Positions 1 to 10,680 of a stretch of DNA of 64,000 nucleotides are shown in pieces. Under the pieces are notes generated by a model that saw only the letters and a program-made list of their open reading frames with translations, was not told where the DNA came from and did no database searches. The stretch spans positions 544,001 to 608,000 of the forward strand of contig CAVSCK010000003.1 in NCBI GenBank assembly GCA_963726455.1, read 5' to 3'. The position numbers and the translations under genes were made by a program. The DNA is from an uncultured bacterium (lineage in GTDB: Bacteria; Zixibacteria; MSB-5A5; CAIYYT01). How positions within the stretch are numbered: position 1 is the stretch's first letter; the number at the start of each line of letters is the position of its first letter.

Positions 1-3
1 CTG

Positions 4-1237
4 TCAGGCGCACTGAAGCACCTGATTGGCGCTGTCCAGCACCACCGCTATATCGCATTTCGTTCCATGTCTTTCCATTAGTTTTTCCACAGCCGGTTCA
101 AGTTCCGGCCACGGCTCAATCGGTATGAACTCAAGGTCGGATGCGGGCAGTTTCGAAACCAGCATCAGTTTGAGCCGCTCAGATAATCTTTCCGTCCGCT
201 TGACTTTGTGAATCCCCATCAGCAGCCATTCCGACTGGCCGTCAACCCGCAACTCACCATTTGCCGATCTCTCCGCCAATTTCAGAAATCTGGCGTCGCC
301 GGTACCCTCAACGCACCCGGAGACTAACAATATCGTACCATCCGATTTTACCGCGGAAGCCACGTTTTCGTAAGATTTCTGCAATTGATATAGATTCTTG
401 TCCAGAGGCGGATAGACGACGCAGATCGCCACGTCGTACGGGGAGCCAACATTGTGAGCATAGTTGGCCTTAACAAAGTCGCAAGCGCTGTCGTACGCTT
501 TGTCCCAATCACCTGCCGACAGGTGGAATACCGTTCCGTGGTGATCGCAGACAATCTGAATCGCAAAACGTCTCTTGTAATCGAGGCACGTGGTGCGAGA
601 ACGGATATCTTCCCATACCGGATTCCCTCGCCTGTGCCAATGGCTGGCTCTTTGAACTCAGCGCGTTTGCATGATTGCGGGAAACATCGGCGAATGATGC
701 ACAACCGGGCAGAATGATCTTGCGCCCGCCCGTGAATCCGGCGAAGTAATGCGGCTCGACTGAGCCGATTATCAATACCGAATCGCTCTGTTCGAACAGC
801 TTATTGAGACTTACCGTGTTGGCGCCGCTGCCGAACTCGGCCAACTGATTTTCGTCGAAGGCGCTGTGAATGTGAATCCGATCCGCGAAGCGCTCATAGA
901 ATCTGCCGAAGATTCTGCGCAGTTGCGTGTCATCAGGCGCACCGTGCAACGCGGTCGCTACAAGAAATGTGGTGTTGACTTGAGACAGCGAATCACCCAG
1001 GACGTCGAGCACGCGCGCTGTCGGTGTAGGTCGACAATGATCGTTGACGACGACCAGCAATTGCTGCGAGTTTTTCAGGAAGTCCGTGAGATCGGTGGGC
1101 AGCTTGCCGGTCGCAAGCCAGTTATCGTTCCCCAGCGAAGTAAGCCGCTTTTGAGGCAAATCGAAGAGGTCAACCCGACAAGTATCAGGCAAACTCAACT
1201 CAACATCCTTGTCGCAATACCAGATGGGAGTCCTCAT
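4..1237 (-). CDS. larA: LarA-family (nickel-pincer lactate/hydroxyacid racemase-like) protein, split by a frameshift near 630
   Basis: ORF 509-1237 has VVNDHCRPTP, ATALH and GSVEPHYFAGFTGGRKIILPG. The alternative frame continues GNPVWEDI... into ORF 4-432 (PPLDKNLYQLQK, GCVEGTG). Confidence 0.75.
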
Positions 1238-1260
1238 TCGCTTTCACAATGCCAAAGCGG

Positions 1261-1662
1261 CTATGAGAAATGAAATTTCAGTTCGATCTTTGCGTTCTCC
1301 ACGCTATCCGAAGCGTGCACCGAGTTCTTGCTTACATCAATTGCATAGGACTGGCGAATTGTCCCACACGCTGCTTTCGCCGGATCAGTCGCCCCGATCA
1401 ATTCACGCAGATCAGCCACGGCGTTGTCTTTTTCCAGCGCCATGGCAACGATCGGTGACGACGACATAAATTGAACCAGCTCATCCAGAAACGGCTTACC
1501 CTCGTGAACCTTGTAGAATTCGCGGGCGCGCCCGGCCGTCAGGTGAACCATCTTCATTTCTTTGAGTTCGAAACCGGCTGTCTCCAGCCGGTCGATAATT
1601 CGTCCTATCAGTTTGCGCTCGACGGCATCAGGTTTGATCATCAGCAACGTTTGCTGTTTCAT
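1261..1662 (-). CDS. ndk: Nucleoside diphosphate kinase
   Basis: TLLMIKPDAV...GATDP...GTIR...KNSVHASDS. The ATG at 1662 overlaps the korC stop. Confidence 0.96.
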   Translation of the reverse strand: MKQQTLLMIKPDAVERKLIGRIIDRLETAGFELKEMKMVHLTAGRAREFYKVHEGKPFLDELVQFMSSSPIVAMALEKDNAVADLRELIGATDPAKAACGTIRQSYAIDVSKNSVHASDSVENAKIELKFHFS

Positions 1663-2267
1663 TTCCTGAGCCTTTCCTTCGCCTTGCGGCCTTCTTCGAG
1701 GCCAAGCTGCAATGCCGCCAGGTTCTTTTCTTCGGTTCCGCGCGGAGCCCTGCGTTTGACAACTTCCGTCAAACCGGCTTCGGAAACGACGCCCGACACG
1801 GCACAGATAGCGCCCAGCGATATAACATTCGCCACCATCGGATTGCCGATCGTATGCCGCGCCAACTGGCTGAACGGAATGCCGACCCACAATGAGGTCG
1901 GGACTTGCGTTACCATGTGGCTGTCGACAATAAGCAGACCGTCTTCTTTCAGATCATGGTAGTAATTGTCACAGGCCTCTTGCGATAGCGCCAGCAGCAG
2001 GTCAAGCTGCATCGGTTTGGGGTAGTAAATCTCATTAGCTGAGATAACCACATCCGCTCGCGACGCGCCGCCGCGTGCCTCAGGTCCGTAACTCTGCGTC
2101 TGAACAACATTCTTGCCGTCATAGGTAGCGACCGCTTCCGCCAGCATCACGCCGGCGAGAATCAATCCCTGCCCACCCGAGCCGGAGAAACGAATTTCGT
2201 AACGATCGATAGTATCATTCCGGGCTTGAGCGGCAGCCGCCTTATTTGCTTTCGTTGGACTTGTCAT
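1659..2267 (-). CDS. korC: 2-oxoacid:ferredoxin oxidoreductase gamma subunit
   Basis: SGSGGQGLILAG and QTQSYGPEARGGAS motifs; operon context. Confidence 0.92.
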   Translation of the reverse strand: MTSPTKANKAAAAQARNDTIDRYEIRFSGSGGQGLILAGVMLAEAVATYDGKNVVQTQSYGPEARGGASRADVVISANEIYYPKPMQLDLLLALSQEACDNYYHDLKEDGLLIVDSHMVTQVPTSLWVGIPFSQLARHTIGNPMVANVISLGAICAVSGVVSEAGLTEVVKRRAPRGTEEKNLAALQLGLEEGRKAKERLRK

Positions 2268-2269
2268 GC

Positions 2270-3097
2270 TTATTTCCCCTGCAGACTCTCGATTAATGCG
2301 TCATAGCGGTCACAGTATTCCTCGCGTTCGACATCGCAGAAGACACCTGTGAGCAGTTTGCCCTCCACTTTCTCCGGCGGCATCTTGGCCGCGGCCTTCA
2401 GCGGCAGCACGTTCTTTTTCATCTCTTCCAGCATCTTGACCGAATCTCCCAAACGGTTCAGGCGGCCATAATAGGTGTGGCAGTTTGAAAAGGCTTCGAC
2501 GACCGAGAAACCGCGTTTCTGAATGGCTTCAAATATCAACTGATCGAGCTGAGTGACATGATAGACCGTGCCGCGCGCGACATAGGATGCGCCTGCAGCC
2601 ATCGCCAGTTTGGGAATATCAAAGGGATATTCCTTGTTGCCGTACGGCGCCGTAGCGGCATGGCTGTCAGTCGGCGTGGTCGGCGAGAACTGCCCGCCGG
2701 TCATTCCGTAGATCATGTTATTGATCAGGATGCAGGTGATATCGATATTGCGCCGCGAGGCGTGAATGAAGTGATTGCCGCCGATTGCCAGCGCATCGCC
2801 GTCACCGGTAATGACAATGACTTTCATCTTGGGGTTGGCAAGCTTGACGCCGGTGGCAAACGGCAGCGCGCGGCCGTGAGTCGTGTGCAATGTATTGAAG
2901 TCGAGGTAAACCGGCATGCGCGAGGAACATCCGATACCGGATACCAAAGTCACATTGTCGCGGTCCAACTGCAATTTATCGATAGCCCGAATCAGCGAGC
3001 CCATGACGATGCCGATACCGCATCCGGCACACCAGACATTCGGGAATTTCTTCTTCTCACGCAGGTATTGATGGGTGATGTCTGACTTCTGCGTCAT
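2270..3097 (-). CDS. korB: 2-oxoacid:ferredoxin oxidoreductase beta subunit (TPP-binding)
   Basis: WCAGCG, SGIGCS, HTTHGRA, GDGDALAIGGNH, NNMIYGMTGGQ. Confidence 0.94.
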   Translation of the reverse strand: MTQKSDITHQYLREKKKFPNVWCAGCGIGIVMGSLIRAIDKLQLDRDNVTLVSGIGCSSRMPVYLDFNTLHTTHGRALPFATGVKLANPKMKVIVITGDGDALAIGGNHFIHASRRNIDITCILINNMIYGMTGGQFSPTTPTDSHAATAPYGNKEYPFDIPKLAMAAGASYVARGTVYHVTQLDQLIFEAIQKRGFSVVEAFSNCHTYYGRLNRLGDSVKMLEEMKKNVLPLKAAAKMPPEKVEGKLLTGVFCDVEREEYCDRYDALIESLQGK

Positions 3098-3098
3098 C

Positions 3099-4238
3099 TT
3101 ACCTCACCTCCTTAATCTTGTTGAGAATCTGCATCGGGGTAATCAATTCGGAATCATAGCGACAGAGACTGATAACCTCGACATGCTTGGGTACCAGCCG
3201 CTGAACTTCATAAACCAGTTGGCCCTGATTCAGTTCGGCGACGATGACCTTCTGCAGATTCTTGGATGAGAAAATCTCGCGGTATTTCTTGTCGTGCGAT
3301 GGCCAAATTGTGATCGGCCTGACCTGGCCGACTTTCATTCTTCTCGCACGAGCCATCTGCACCGCCTGCTTGGCAGCGCGGGCGACGATACCGTACGCAT
3401 AGACCGCCACATGAGCGTCTTCCATGCCGTCGGTTTCGATCTGACAGATGTCGTCGAGATAGCGCATGATCTTATTTTGCAGTTTGCTCATCTTTGCCTG
3501 GATTTCGACCGGCTTGCTGGTCGGAAATCCGTATTCATCATGAGTCAGTCCGGTAACATGGAAACGATAACCGTCACCGAACGACGCCATCGGCGACTTG
3601 AAGTTCGGAGTGATTTCGAAGTGTTTGTACCAGCCGGCCGGAACGTCGGGTTTCTGGCGATTGATCACCGGCAGCTCGCCCTCGGCGGGAACAACGACTT
3701 TCTCCCGCATGTGTCCCAACACTTCGTCCAACAATAAGGTCACGGGTGTACGATACGATTCGGCGAGATTGAAAGCTCTCACAGTCAGGTCAATGGTCTC
3801 TCTCACCGACTGCGGCGCCAGCGCAATCGCGATATAGTCGCCGTGAGTTCCCCAGCGCGCCTGCATCGTATCCGACTGTGACACCTTGGTCGGCAGTCCG
3901 GTCGACGGGCCGCCGCGCTGCACGTTGACAACCACGGTCGGTACCTCCGCCATGTAGGCGTACCCGATGCCCTCGACCATCAGCGAGAATCCCGGACCGG
4001 AAGTCGCCGTCATCGACTTGGCGCCGGCGCAGGAGCCGCCGATAATTGCCGCCATCGACGCGATCTCGTCTTCCATCTGGATGAATTTTCCGCCGACCTT
4101 CGGCAACTTTCGCGCCAGAATTTCGGCAATTTCCGTTGACGGGGTGATCGGATATCCGGCGAACAATCGCAGGCCCGCGATCATGGCGCCTTCGGTGACC
4201 GCCTCATTCCCTTGTAGTAATTTTATATTTTCAGCCAT
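3099..4238 (-). CDS. korA: 2-oxoacid:ferredoxin oxidoreductase alpha subunit
   Basis: AGYPITPSTEI, QMEDEIAS, TATSGPGFSL, QRGGPSTGLPT. Confidence 0.94.
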   Translation of the reverse strand: MAENIKLLQGNEAVTEGAMIAGLRLFAGYPITPSTEIAEILARKLPKVGGKFIQMEDEIASMAAIIGGSCAGAKSMTATSGPGFSLMVEGIGYAYMAEVPTVVVNVQRGGPSTGLPTKVSQSDTMQARWGTHGDYIAIALAPQSVRETIDLTVRAFNLAESYRTPVTLLLDEVLGHMREKVVVPAEGELPVINRQKPDVPAGWYKHFEITPNFKSPMASFGDGYRFHVTGLTHDEYGFPTSKPVEIQAKMSKLQNKIMRYLDDICQIETDGMEDAHVAVYAYGIVARAAKQAVQMARARRMKVGQVRPITIWPSHDKKYREIFSSKNLQKVIVAELNQGQLVYEVQRLVPKHVEVISLCRYDSELITPMQILNKIKEVR

Positions 4239-4250
4239 TAAGCAGCACTC

Positions 4251-4499
4251 CTACTTCTCATTGGAGACGATCGCCAGATCAGGACAATGAAGCCAGCAGA
4301 TGGCGCACTGGGTACACTTGTCGGGATAAGAGATAATCGGTTTGCCGTCTCGGTCAGAGGTGAACACTTGATTGGGACAAAAACTAATGCAAATGCCGCA
4401 GGCCTTGCACCAGTGGAAATAAATTGTCAGCGGCCCGGCACCACTCTTCGATGCCGAATCCGTTGCCTGCTGCTCGGTATCGCCCGCTGTATCTGGCAT
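4251..4499 (-). CDS. korD: 2x[4Fe-4S] ferredoxin, oxidoreductase delta subunit
   Basis: CKACGICISFCP and CTQCAICWLHCP motifs, directly upstream of korA. Confidence 0.9.
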   Translation of the reverse strand: MPDTAGDTEQQATDSASKSGAGPLTIYFHWCKACGICISFCPNQVFTSDRDGKPIISYPDKCTQCAICWLHCPDLAIVSNEK

Positions 4500-4587
4500 C
4501 TATAAAGTCTCCTTAAACCTTGCGGATCAGCAGCGCTCGGCTCTCTTCCCAGATCGCTGTAGTCCGGATAAATCTATTGACAGTGGT

Positions 4588-5649
4588 CTATTTCTTCTTC
4601 GGTTTTGCTTTCGATCTGGATTTTGCCGCCCGGGCCAATTTGCTGACTTTGGGCTTCGCCTTCCTGATCGGGGCTGATTTCCTGACTACTTTCTTCGCGA
4701 CCGGCTTTGCCTTGGCAGACTTCTTCGCTGCCGGCTTCGCTTTCATCGCCGGTTTCCTGGCAGCGCCTTTCTTGGAAAGCGCGGCGAGTTTCTTCTCTAC
4801 CAGTTCGGCAACCTGAACCGGCGTCTTGGCAACCGGCACACCGACCGCTTCAAATGCCTTGATCTTTTCCGGCGCCGTTCCCGTGCCACCGGAGATAATC
4901 GCGCCGGCATGGCCCATGCGCTTGTCGGCCGGAGCCGTCAGCCCGGCGATAAAACCGACTACCGGTTTGGTGACATACTTCTTGATGAAGGCCGCGGCGT
5001 CTTCTTCATCCGTACCGCCGATTTCGCCGATTACCACGATCGCCTCGGTCTGAGGATCTTTCTGGAATTCAGCGAGACAGTCGATGAAGTTGGTGCCGAT
5101 GATCGGATCACCACCGATACCGATGCATGTTGACTGGCCGATCTTTCTCGCGGTCAGATTGTAGACGATTTCATACGTCAACGTCCCAGAGCGCGAAACG
5201 ACGCCGACCGAACCCTTCTTATGGATGTGTCCCGGCATAATCCCTACCTTGGTCACTCCCGGAGTTATAATGCCCGGGCAATTCGGTCCGATCAACCTCA
5301 CGCCTTTCACCTTCAAATAGTTGTACACTTTCAGCATGTCGTTCGCCGGAACGCCTTCACTGATGCAGACGATAACTTGCACGCCTGCGTCGGCGGCTTC
5401 ATAAATGGCGTCGACTGCCGCTGAGGCGGGAACATAGATGACGGACGTATTGGCCTTGGTCTTTTCGACTGCTTCGGCGACCGTATTGAAAATCGGAATG
5501 CCTTCCAAAGCAGTACCGCCCTTGCCCGGCGTCACACCGGCAACCACTGCGGTACCGTATTCTTTCATTTGCCGCGCATGGAAGGAACCGTCGCGACCGG
5601 TAATTCCCTGAACTACGACTCTCGTTTTCTTATCAACAAAGATTCCCAT
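4588..5649 (-). CDS. sucD: Succinyl-CoA synthetase alpha subunit with a Lys/Ala/Pro-rich C-terminal tail
   Basis: [32 protein letters not shown]. Start at MGIFVDK (5649). Confidence 0.96.
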   Translation of the reverse strand: MGIFVDKKTRVVVQGITGRDGSFHARQMKEYGTAVVAGVTPGKGGTALEGIPIFNTVAEAVEKTKANTSVIYVPASAAVDAIYEAADAGVQVIVCISEGVPANDMLKVYNYLKVKGVRLIGPNCPGIITPGVTKVGIMPGHIHKKGSVGVVSRSGTLTYEIVYNLTARKIGQSTCIGIGGDPIIGTNFIDCLAEFQKDPQTEAIVVIGEIGGTDEEDAAAFIKKYVTKPVVGFIAGLTAPADKRMGHAGAIISGGTGTAPEKIKAFEAVGVPVAKTPVQVAELVEKKLAALSKKGAARKPAMKAKPAAKKSAKAKPVAKKVVRKSAPIRKAKPKVSKLARAAKSRSKAKPKKK

Positions 5650-5671
5650 GATCTCTTCCTTTTCTTTCTGC

Positions 5672-6808
5672 TCAGGCCACTTCGGCGAGTTCGATTGCTT
5701 TGGTAACCACGTCAACCATCGTTTCAGCCGCCTGAATTTGCGACTTTTCCAGAATCGCCCGCGCTTCCGCTTCGTTGGTGCCCGTGAGACGCACGACCAA
5801 CGGCACTGAGGGTTTGAATTCCGAAACGGCTTTGACGATACCGTTTGCGACGTCATCGCAGCGTGTAATGCCGCCAAAGATATTGAACAGAATTGCTTTC
5901 ACATTCTGGTCGCGCAGGATGATTCGCATCGCCGTCACGACTTTGTCCGGATTGGATGAACCGCCGATATCGAGGAAATTGGCCGGTTCGCCGCCATAAT
6001 GCTTCACCAGGTCCATCGTCGCCATTGCCAGGCCGGCGCCGTTGACGACGCAGCCGATGTTGCCCGACAAACCGACAAAGGATAGTCCGGCTTCGCGCGC
6101 TTCATTCTCGGATTCTTCCGCCGGAGCCACATCACGCAATTGCTCGAATCTCGGATGGCGATAAAGTCCGTTGTCGTCAAGATTGATCTTGGCATCGAGA
6201 GCGACGACGGTGCCCGATGGCGTGGTCACGAGTGGATTGATTTCTACCAGTGAAGCATCCGATTCCATGAAGCAGCGATAGAGTTTGAGGATAATATCCG
6301 CTGCCTGTTTCGCGGTCTCGGGATTCGAGTAGATCTTGTATGCCAGTTGCCGCGCCTGATATTGCCTCATGCCCAACAGCGGGTCGATGTGCAATTTGAA
6401 AATCTTTTCCGGTGTCTTGGCGGCCACTTCCTCGATGTCAATACCACCCTCGGCAGAAACCATAATCACCGGCTTCTTCGCGCTGCGGTCGACAATAATT
6501 CCGACATACGCTTCATGGCTGATGTCAGTGGCCTCGGTGATAAACACTCTGCGGACAATCAATCCCTTGATGTTCATGCCGATGATGTTCTGGGCGTTGG
6601 CATACGCTTCATCCGGTGTCGCACAGTACTTGATGCCTCCGGCCTTGCCGCGGCCGCCGACATGAACCTGTGCTTTCACCATAACCGGCTTTCCGATTTC
6701 CTCGGCCAGTTGACGTGCTTCGTCGGCCGAAAATGCAATCTTGCCCTTGGGAACCGGGATGCCGAAAGAGGCAAAAATCTCCTTTGCCTGGTACTCGTGA
6801 ATTTTCAT
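5672..6808 (-). CDS. sucC: Succinyl-CoA synthetase beta subunit
   Basis: [44 protein letters not shown]. Confidence 0.97.
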   Translation of the reverse strand: MKIHEYQAKEIFASFGIPVPKGKIAFSADEARQLAEEIGKPVMVKAQVHVGGRGKAGGIKYCATPDEAYANAQNIIGMNIKGLIVRRVFITEATDISHEAYVGIIVDRSAKKPVIMVSAEGGIDIEEVAAKTPEKIFKLHIDPLLGMRQYQARQLAYKIYSNPETAKQAADIILKLYRCFMESDASLVEINPLVTTPSGTVVALDAKINLDDNGLYRHPRFEQLRDVAPAEESENEAREAGLSFVGLSGNIGCVVNGAGLAMATMDLVKHYGGEPANFLDIGGSSNPDKVVTAMRIILRDQNVKAILFNIFGGITRCDDVANGIVKAVSEFKPSVPLVVRLTGTNEAEARAILEKSQIQAAETMVDVVTKAIELAEVA

Positions 6809-6828
6809 TATGGCTCCTTCAATTTCCT

Positions 6829-8194
6829 CTAAGACTTGGCCTTCAAAAAGGCTCGCGCCTCTTCGAGCAGTATATCGTAGCTATTCTTGTTCCGGAAAAT
6901 CAAGTACGACCTCAAGGAGATGATTGAGAATCTCCCCCACCAACTTCCCCGGTTGCAGGTCGAACACTCGCATAAGCTCATCCCCGTTGATCGCCAGATC
7001 GGCTAACCCAAAGGGGGGCTTGCGCTCCAACTCGGCGCGAATTCGCTGTTCAAACTCGTCCACGTCCTCGGTCTTCCCTCCCATTCCCTGTCCGACCACA
7101 TCCGCACGACGCAGATCGAGCAAGTCAAAAATCAAATCCGGGCCAACCTTGCGGATTAGCCGGCGCATTCCCTTATCACTAACCGCAGTCGTAAACATAT
7201 GTCGATCAACGAGCAACACGACTTTCTCCACAAAGTCATTGGAGTATCTCAGCCGCTCCAGGATTCTTTTGGCTAGCCGGGCGCCATAGTCCTCGTGCCC
7301 GTAAAAAGTCGCTCCGTCGGCTGTCAGTTGCTTTGCCTGCGGCTTGGCAACATCGTGAAAGAGCGCCGCCATGCGGACCACGAGCCGTTTGGGGGTTGCA
7401 TCCGCCGTGAAGATCGAATGCTCAAAGACCGGGTAGGCGTGATATGGTCCCGGCTGGTCGACGCCAACCGTATACTCCAGCTCGGGAAATATAAACTTGA
7501 GCATGCCGACTCGTTGCATCAGCAGAAATCCGGTAGAGGGTTTGTCCGCTTGCACCAATAGTTTGTTCAACTCTTCTGCGATTCTCTCAGCGGAGACAGT
7601 CTGAATCAGGGCGACATTCTCACGCAGCGACACATAGGTTGCCGGCTCAATCTCGAAATTGAATCGCGCTGCAAACTGCACCGCGCGCAACATCCGCAAC
7701 GGATCTTCTCGAAATGAATTCGGGAAAGCTACCCGAATGACGTGTGCCTTGAGGTCTGCCTGGCCGCCGTACGGGTCGATCAACTCGCCATTGACGACAT
7801 TGCGGGCAATTGCGTTGATGGTGAAATCGCGCCGCCCCAGGTCGTCTTCGACCTGCAAACGATGATCGAAGTCGACCTCAAAGTCGCGATGCCCGGAGCC
7901 GGTCGAGATTTCCTTGCGCGGTAGCACAAAATCGAAAGTCTCCGCCGGCATGTCGCCCTTGGCATATTGCGTAAATTTGATCACGCCAAACGAACGGCCG
8001 ACAAGATCGGCGCGTCCGAACCGGCTCAAGATCGCAAGCAGTTCCTGAAACGGAATTCCCGTAACGAGAAGATCAATGTCCTTCGACTCCGGTTGGCCCG
8101 GTATCAACGAATCGCGTACCGCGCCGCCTACTTCATAGAGCTGTCCCTGGGCCGTAATGGCTGCGACAAGTGAGGGTGAGAGTTGAACGGCCAT
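6829..8194 (-). CDS. cca: CCA tRNA nucleotidyltransferase/poly(A) polymerase family with HD domain; probable frameshift near 6890 at the extreme C-terminus
   Basis: VGGAVRD, DIDL, RRDFTINAI, EDPLRMLRAVQF, ALFHDVAKP. The alternative frame continues KNSYDILLEEARAFLKAKS* to 6829. Confidence 0.85.
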
Positions 8195-8195
8195 C

Positions 8196-9140
8196 TTATC
8201 CGCGTGTGACAACAGTTCCAGCATTTCCGAGCACCGCCTCCGCCGCCTTGTCAATGGATGTTATCACGACTTTCTGTCCGCCGTTCTTGAGGAAGTCCAG
8301 CGCTGCTTCGATCTTGGGACCCATGCTGCCCGGCGGAAATTGGCCTTGTTTGAGATAGGTTTCCGCTTCCGACGCGGACATCGTATCCAGCAACTTCTGA
8401 TTTGGCTTACCAAAGTTGAGCGCGACTTTGTCTATCCCGGTCAGGATGATCAACATCTCGGCGTTGATTTGGTTGGCGAGCAATGACGATGCGCGATCCT
8501 TATCGATTACCGCGTCGACACCTTCAAGTGTGCCGTCCTTCTCGATATAGACCGGTATGCCTCCGCCTCCTGCCGCGATCACGATGGCGCCACTCTTGAC
8601 CAGTTGCCCGATGATGTCACCCTCCACGATCCGCTTGGGAATCGGTGATGGCACCACACGACGCCAGCCACGGTTGGAGTCCTCTTTCATTACCCAGTTG
8701 CGCTCTGTCTGAAACAACACTGCCTGCTGTTCTGAATAAAATTGCCCGATGTACTTGGTGGGATTGGCAAGCTCCGGATCATTCTGGTCGACCACCACCT
8801 GGGTAATGATTGTCACCACATTGCGCTTGATATTGTCGCGATGCAAACGATTGTACAACGACTGGCCGATCATGTATCCCATACCACCTTCAGTATCCGC
8901 CACACAAATTCCCAGCGGCAATATCGGCGCCTTCCCACGTGCCAGTTCGACCCGCAGGATAGCATTACCTACCTGCGGGCCGTTGCCATGCGTTACCGCA
9001 ATATTATAACCGTGTCGGATCAGTTCGATCAATCCTTGCAGCGAGCTGCGCGTATTGGCAAACTGGTTGGTAATCGTATCTTCGACTTCCTTGCGCGTGA
9101 TGGCATTGCCACCCAGCGCAACCACGGCCGTCTTGGTCAT
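8196..9140 (-). CDS. arcC: Carbamate kinase
   Basis: VVALGGNA, THGNGPQVG, WRRVVPSP, VIDKD, GSMGPKI. Confidence 0.96.
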   Translation of the reverse strand: MTKTAVVALGGNAITRKEVEDTITNQFANTRSSLQGLIELIRHGYNIAVTHGNGPQVGNAILRVELARGKAPILPLGICVADTEGGMGYMIGQSLYNRLHRDNIKRNVVTIITQVVVDQNDPELANPTKYIGQFYSEQQAVLFQTERNWVMKEDSNRGWRRVVPSPIPKRIVEGDIIGQLVKSGAIVIAAGGGGIPVYIEKDGTLEGVDAVIDKDRASSLLANQINAEMLIILTGIDKVALNFGKPNQKLLDTMSASEAETYLKQGQFPPGSMGPKIEAALDFLKNGGQKVVITSIDKAAEAVLGNAGTVVTRG

Positions 9141-10483
9141 TTGCCTTTCTTCCGGCCTTTCTGAATCCGATTCACGAAGTCGGTTAATACATCGGACACC
9201 GTCGGCGAGCCAATTTCCTGAAGGTCGTATTCCACCCGCGTTGACGGCTGTTTGATCTTGATTACCCGCCGCAAGTCAATCGGTGTTCCAATAATCACCG
9301 AGTCACAGGGCGTGGCAGCAATAGTTGCTTCCAGATCCTTCACTTGCTTGCCGCCGTAACCCATCGCCGGCAGTAGCGTGCCGATGTCGGGATACTTGTT
9401 GAACGTGTCGATTAGCGTGCCCTTGAGATACGGCCTCGGATCGACCATCTCGGCGGCGCCAAACTTGTGTGCCGCCACGGTACCGGCGCCGTACTGCATT
9501 TCGCCGTGCGTCGCCGTCGGGCCGTCTTCAACAACCAGGACGCGTTTACCGCGAATGGCCGCTGCATTGTCAACCTTGATCGGCGAGGCGCCATCGATGA
9601 TCGTCGCCTTCGGATTATAGTCGCGAATGTTACTGCGAACCATCTCGATGCAGTCGCCATCGGCGGTGTCAATTTTATTGATGACCACCACGTCGGCGGC
9701 GAGCAGATTGGCTTCACCCGGATGGTACTGCAATTCGTGGCCGGGACGATGCGGATCGGCGACAGTGATATGCAAATCGGGTTTGTAGAACGGCAGGTCA
9801 TTATTGCCGCCGTCCCAGACGACCACGTCAGCTTCTTTCTCAGCCGCGCGCAGAATCATCTGGTAGTCAACACCCGCGTAGATCACCTGTCCGCGCGCGA
9901 TATGCGGTTCGTATTCTTCCATCTCTTCAATCGTGCAATTGTGCTTGGTCAGATCAGCAAGCGAACCAAATCGCTGGCATGCCTGCTTCGCCAAATCGCC
10001 ATAGGGCATCGGATGGCGTACCGCGACCACCTTCAAACCCATGTCTTTAAGAACTTCACAGACTTTGCGCGTGGTCTGGCTTTTGCCGGCGCCGGTCCGC
10101 ACCGCGCAGACAGCTATCACCGGTTTGGTCGACTTGATCTCGGTGTCGTTGGCTCCGAGCAGCGTAAAGTTAGCTCCCGCCGCCAATACCGTTGAGGCCT
10201 TGTGCATAACGTAACCATGCTGCACGTCGGAATACGAGAACACGACTTCATCGATGTTGTGCTTGCGAATCAGGTCGAGCAATTCGGATTCGGCGTAGAT
10301 CGGAATTCCTTTGGGATACAGTTTTCCGGCCAATGCTCTGGGATACTTGCGCCCGGCAATATCGGGAATTTGCGTAGCCGTGAAACATACTACTTCCACG
10401 CTCCGATTGTTGCGATAGCAGGTGTTGAAATTATGAAAGTCTCGACCTGCGGCGCCCATTATCAGAATCTTCTTTTTTGCCAT
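9137..10483 (-). CDS. P-loop NTPase of the cyclic 2,3-diphosphoglycerate synthetase-like family; probable arginine synthetase ArcE
   Basis: MGAAGRDFHNFN, AVRTGAGKSQT (Walker A), RHPMPYGDL, WDGGNND, EDGPT. ATGA overlap with arcC. Confidence 0.8.
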   Translation of the reverse strand: MAKKKILIMGAAGRDFHNFNTCYRNNRSVEVVCFTATQIPDIAGRKYPRALAGKLYPKGIPIYAESELLDLIRKHNIDEVVFSYSDVQHGYVMHKASTVLAAGANFTLLGANDTEIKSTKPVIAVCAVRTGAGKSQTTRKVCEVLKDMGLKVVAVRHPMPYGDLAKQACQRFGSLADLTKHNCTIEEMEEYEPHIARGQVIYAGVDYQMILRAAEKEADVVVWDGGNNDLPFYKPDLHITVADPHRPGHELQYHPGEANLLAADVVVINKIDTADGDCIEMVRSNIRDYNPKATIIDGASPIKVDNAAAIRGKRVLVVEDGPTATHGEMQYGAGTVAAHKFGAAEMVDPRPYLKGTLIDTFNKYPDIGTLLPAMGYGGKQVKDLEATIAATPCDSVIIGTPIDLRRVIKIKQPSTRVEYDLQEIGSPTVSDVLTDFVNRIQKGRKKGK

Positions 10484-10680
10484 CTTCTATCCTCCGATTA
10501 ATACAGAAATTTCGTGTAAAGAAACTGTTACCATCATAAGCAGAGCTGTGAGTTCTGCTCAGACGGCGGAGGCATACCAGATAACACGGAGAAAATAGTG
10601 GCGAATCCGGTTGCCGGCAATGTTTTCGGTGTGAGATGATTTCATAATCTCTAAACTGAATTCTGACCTTCAGCGATTTC

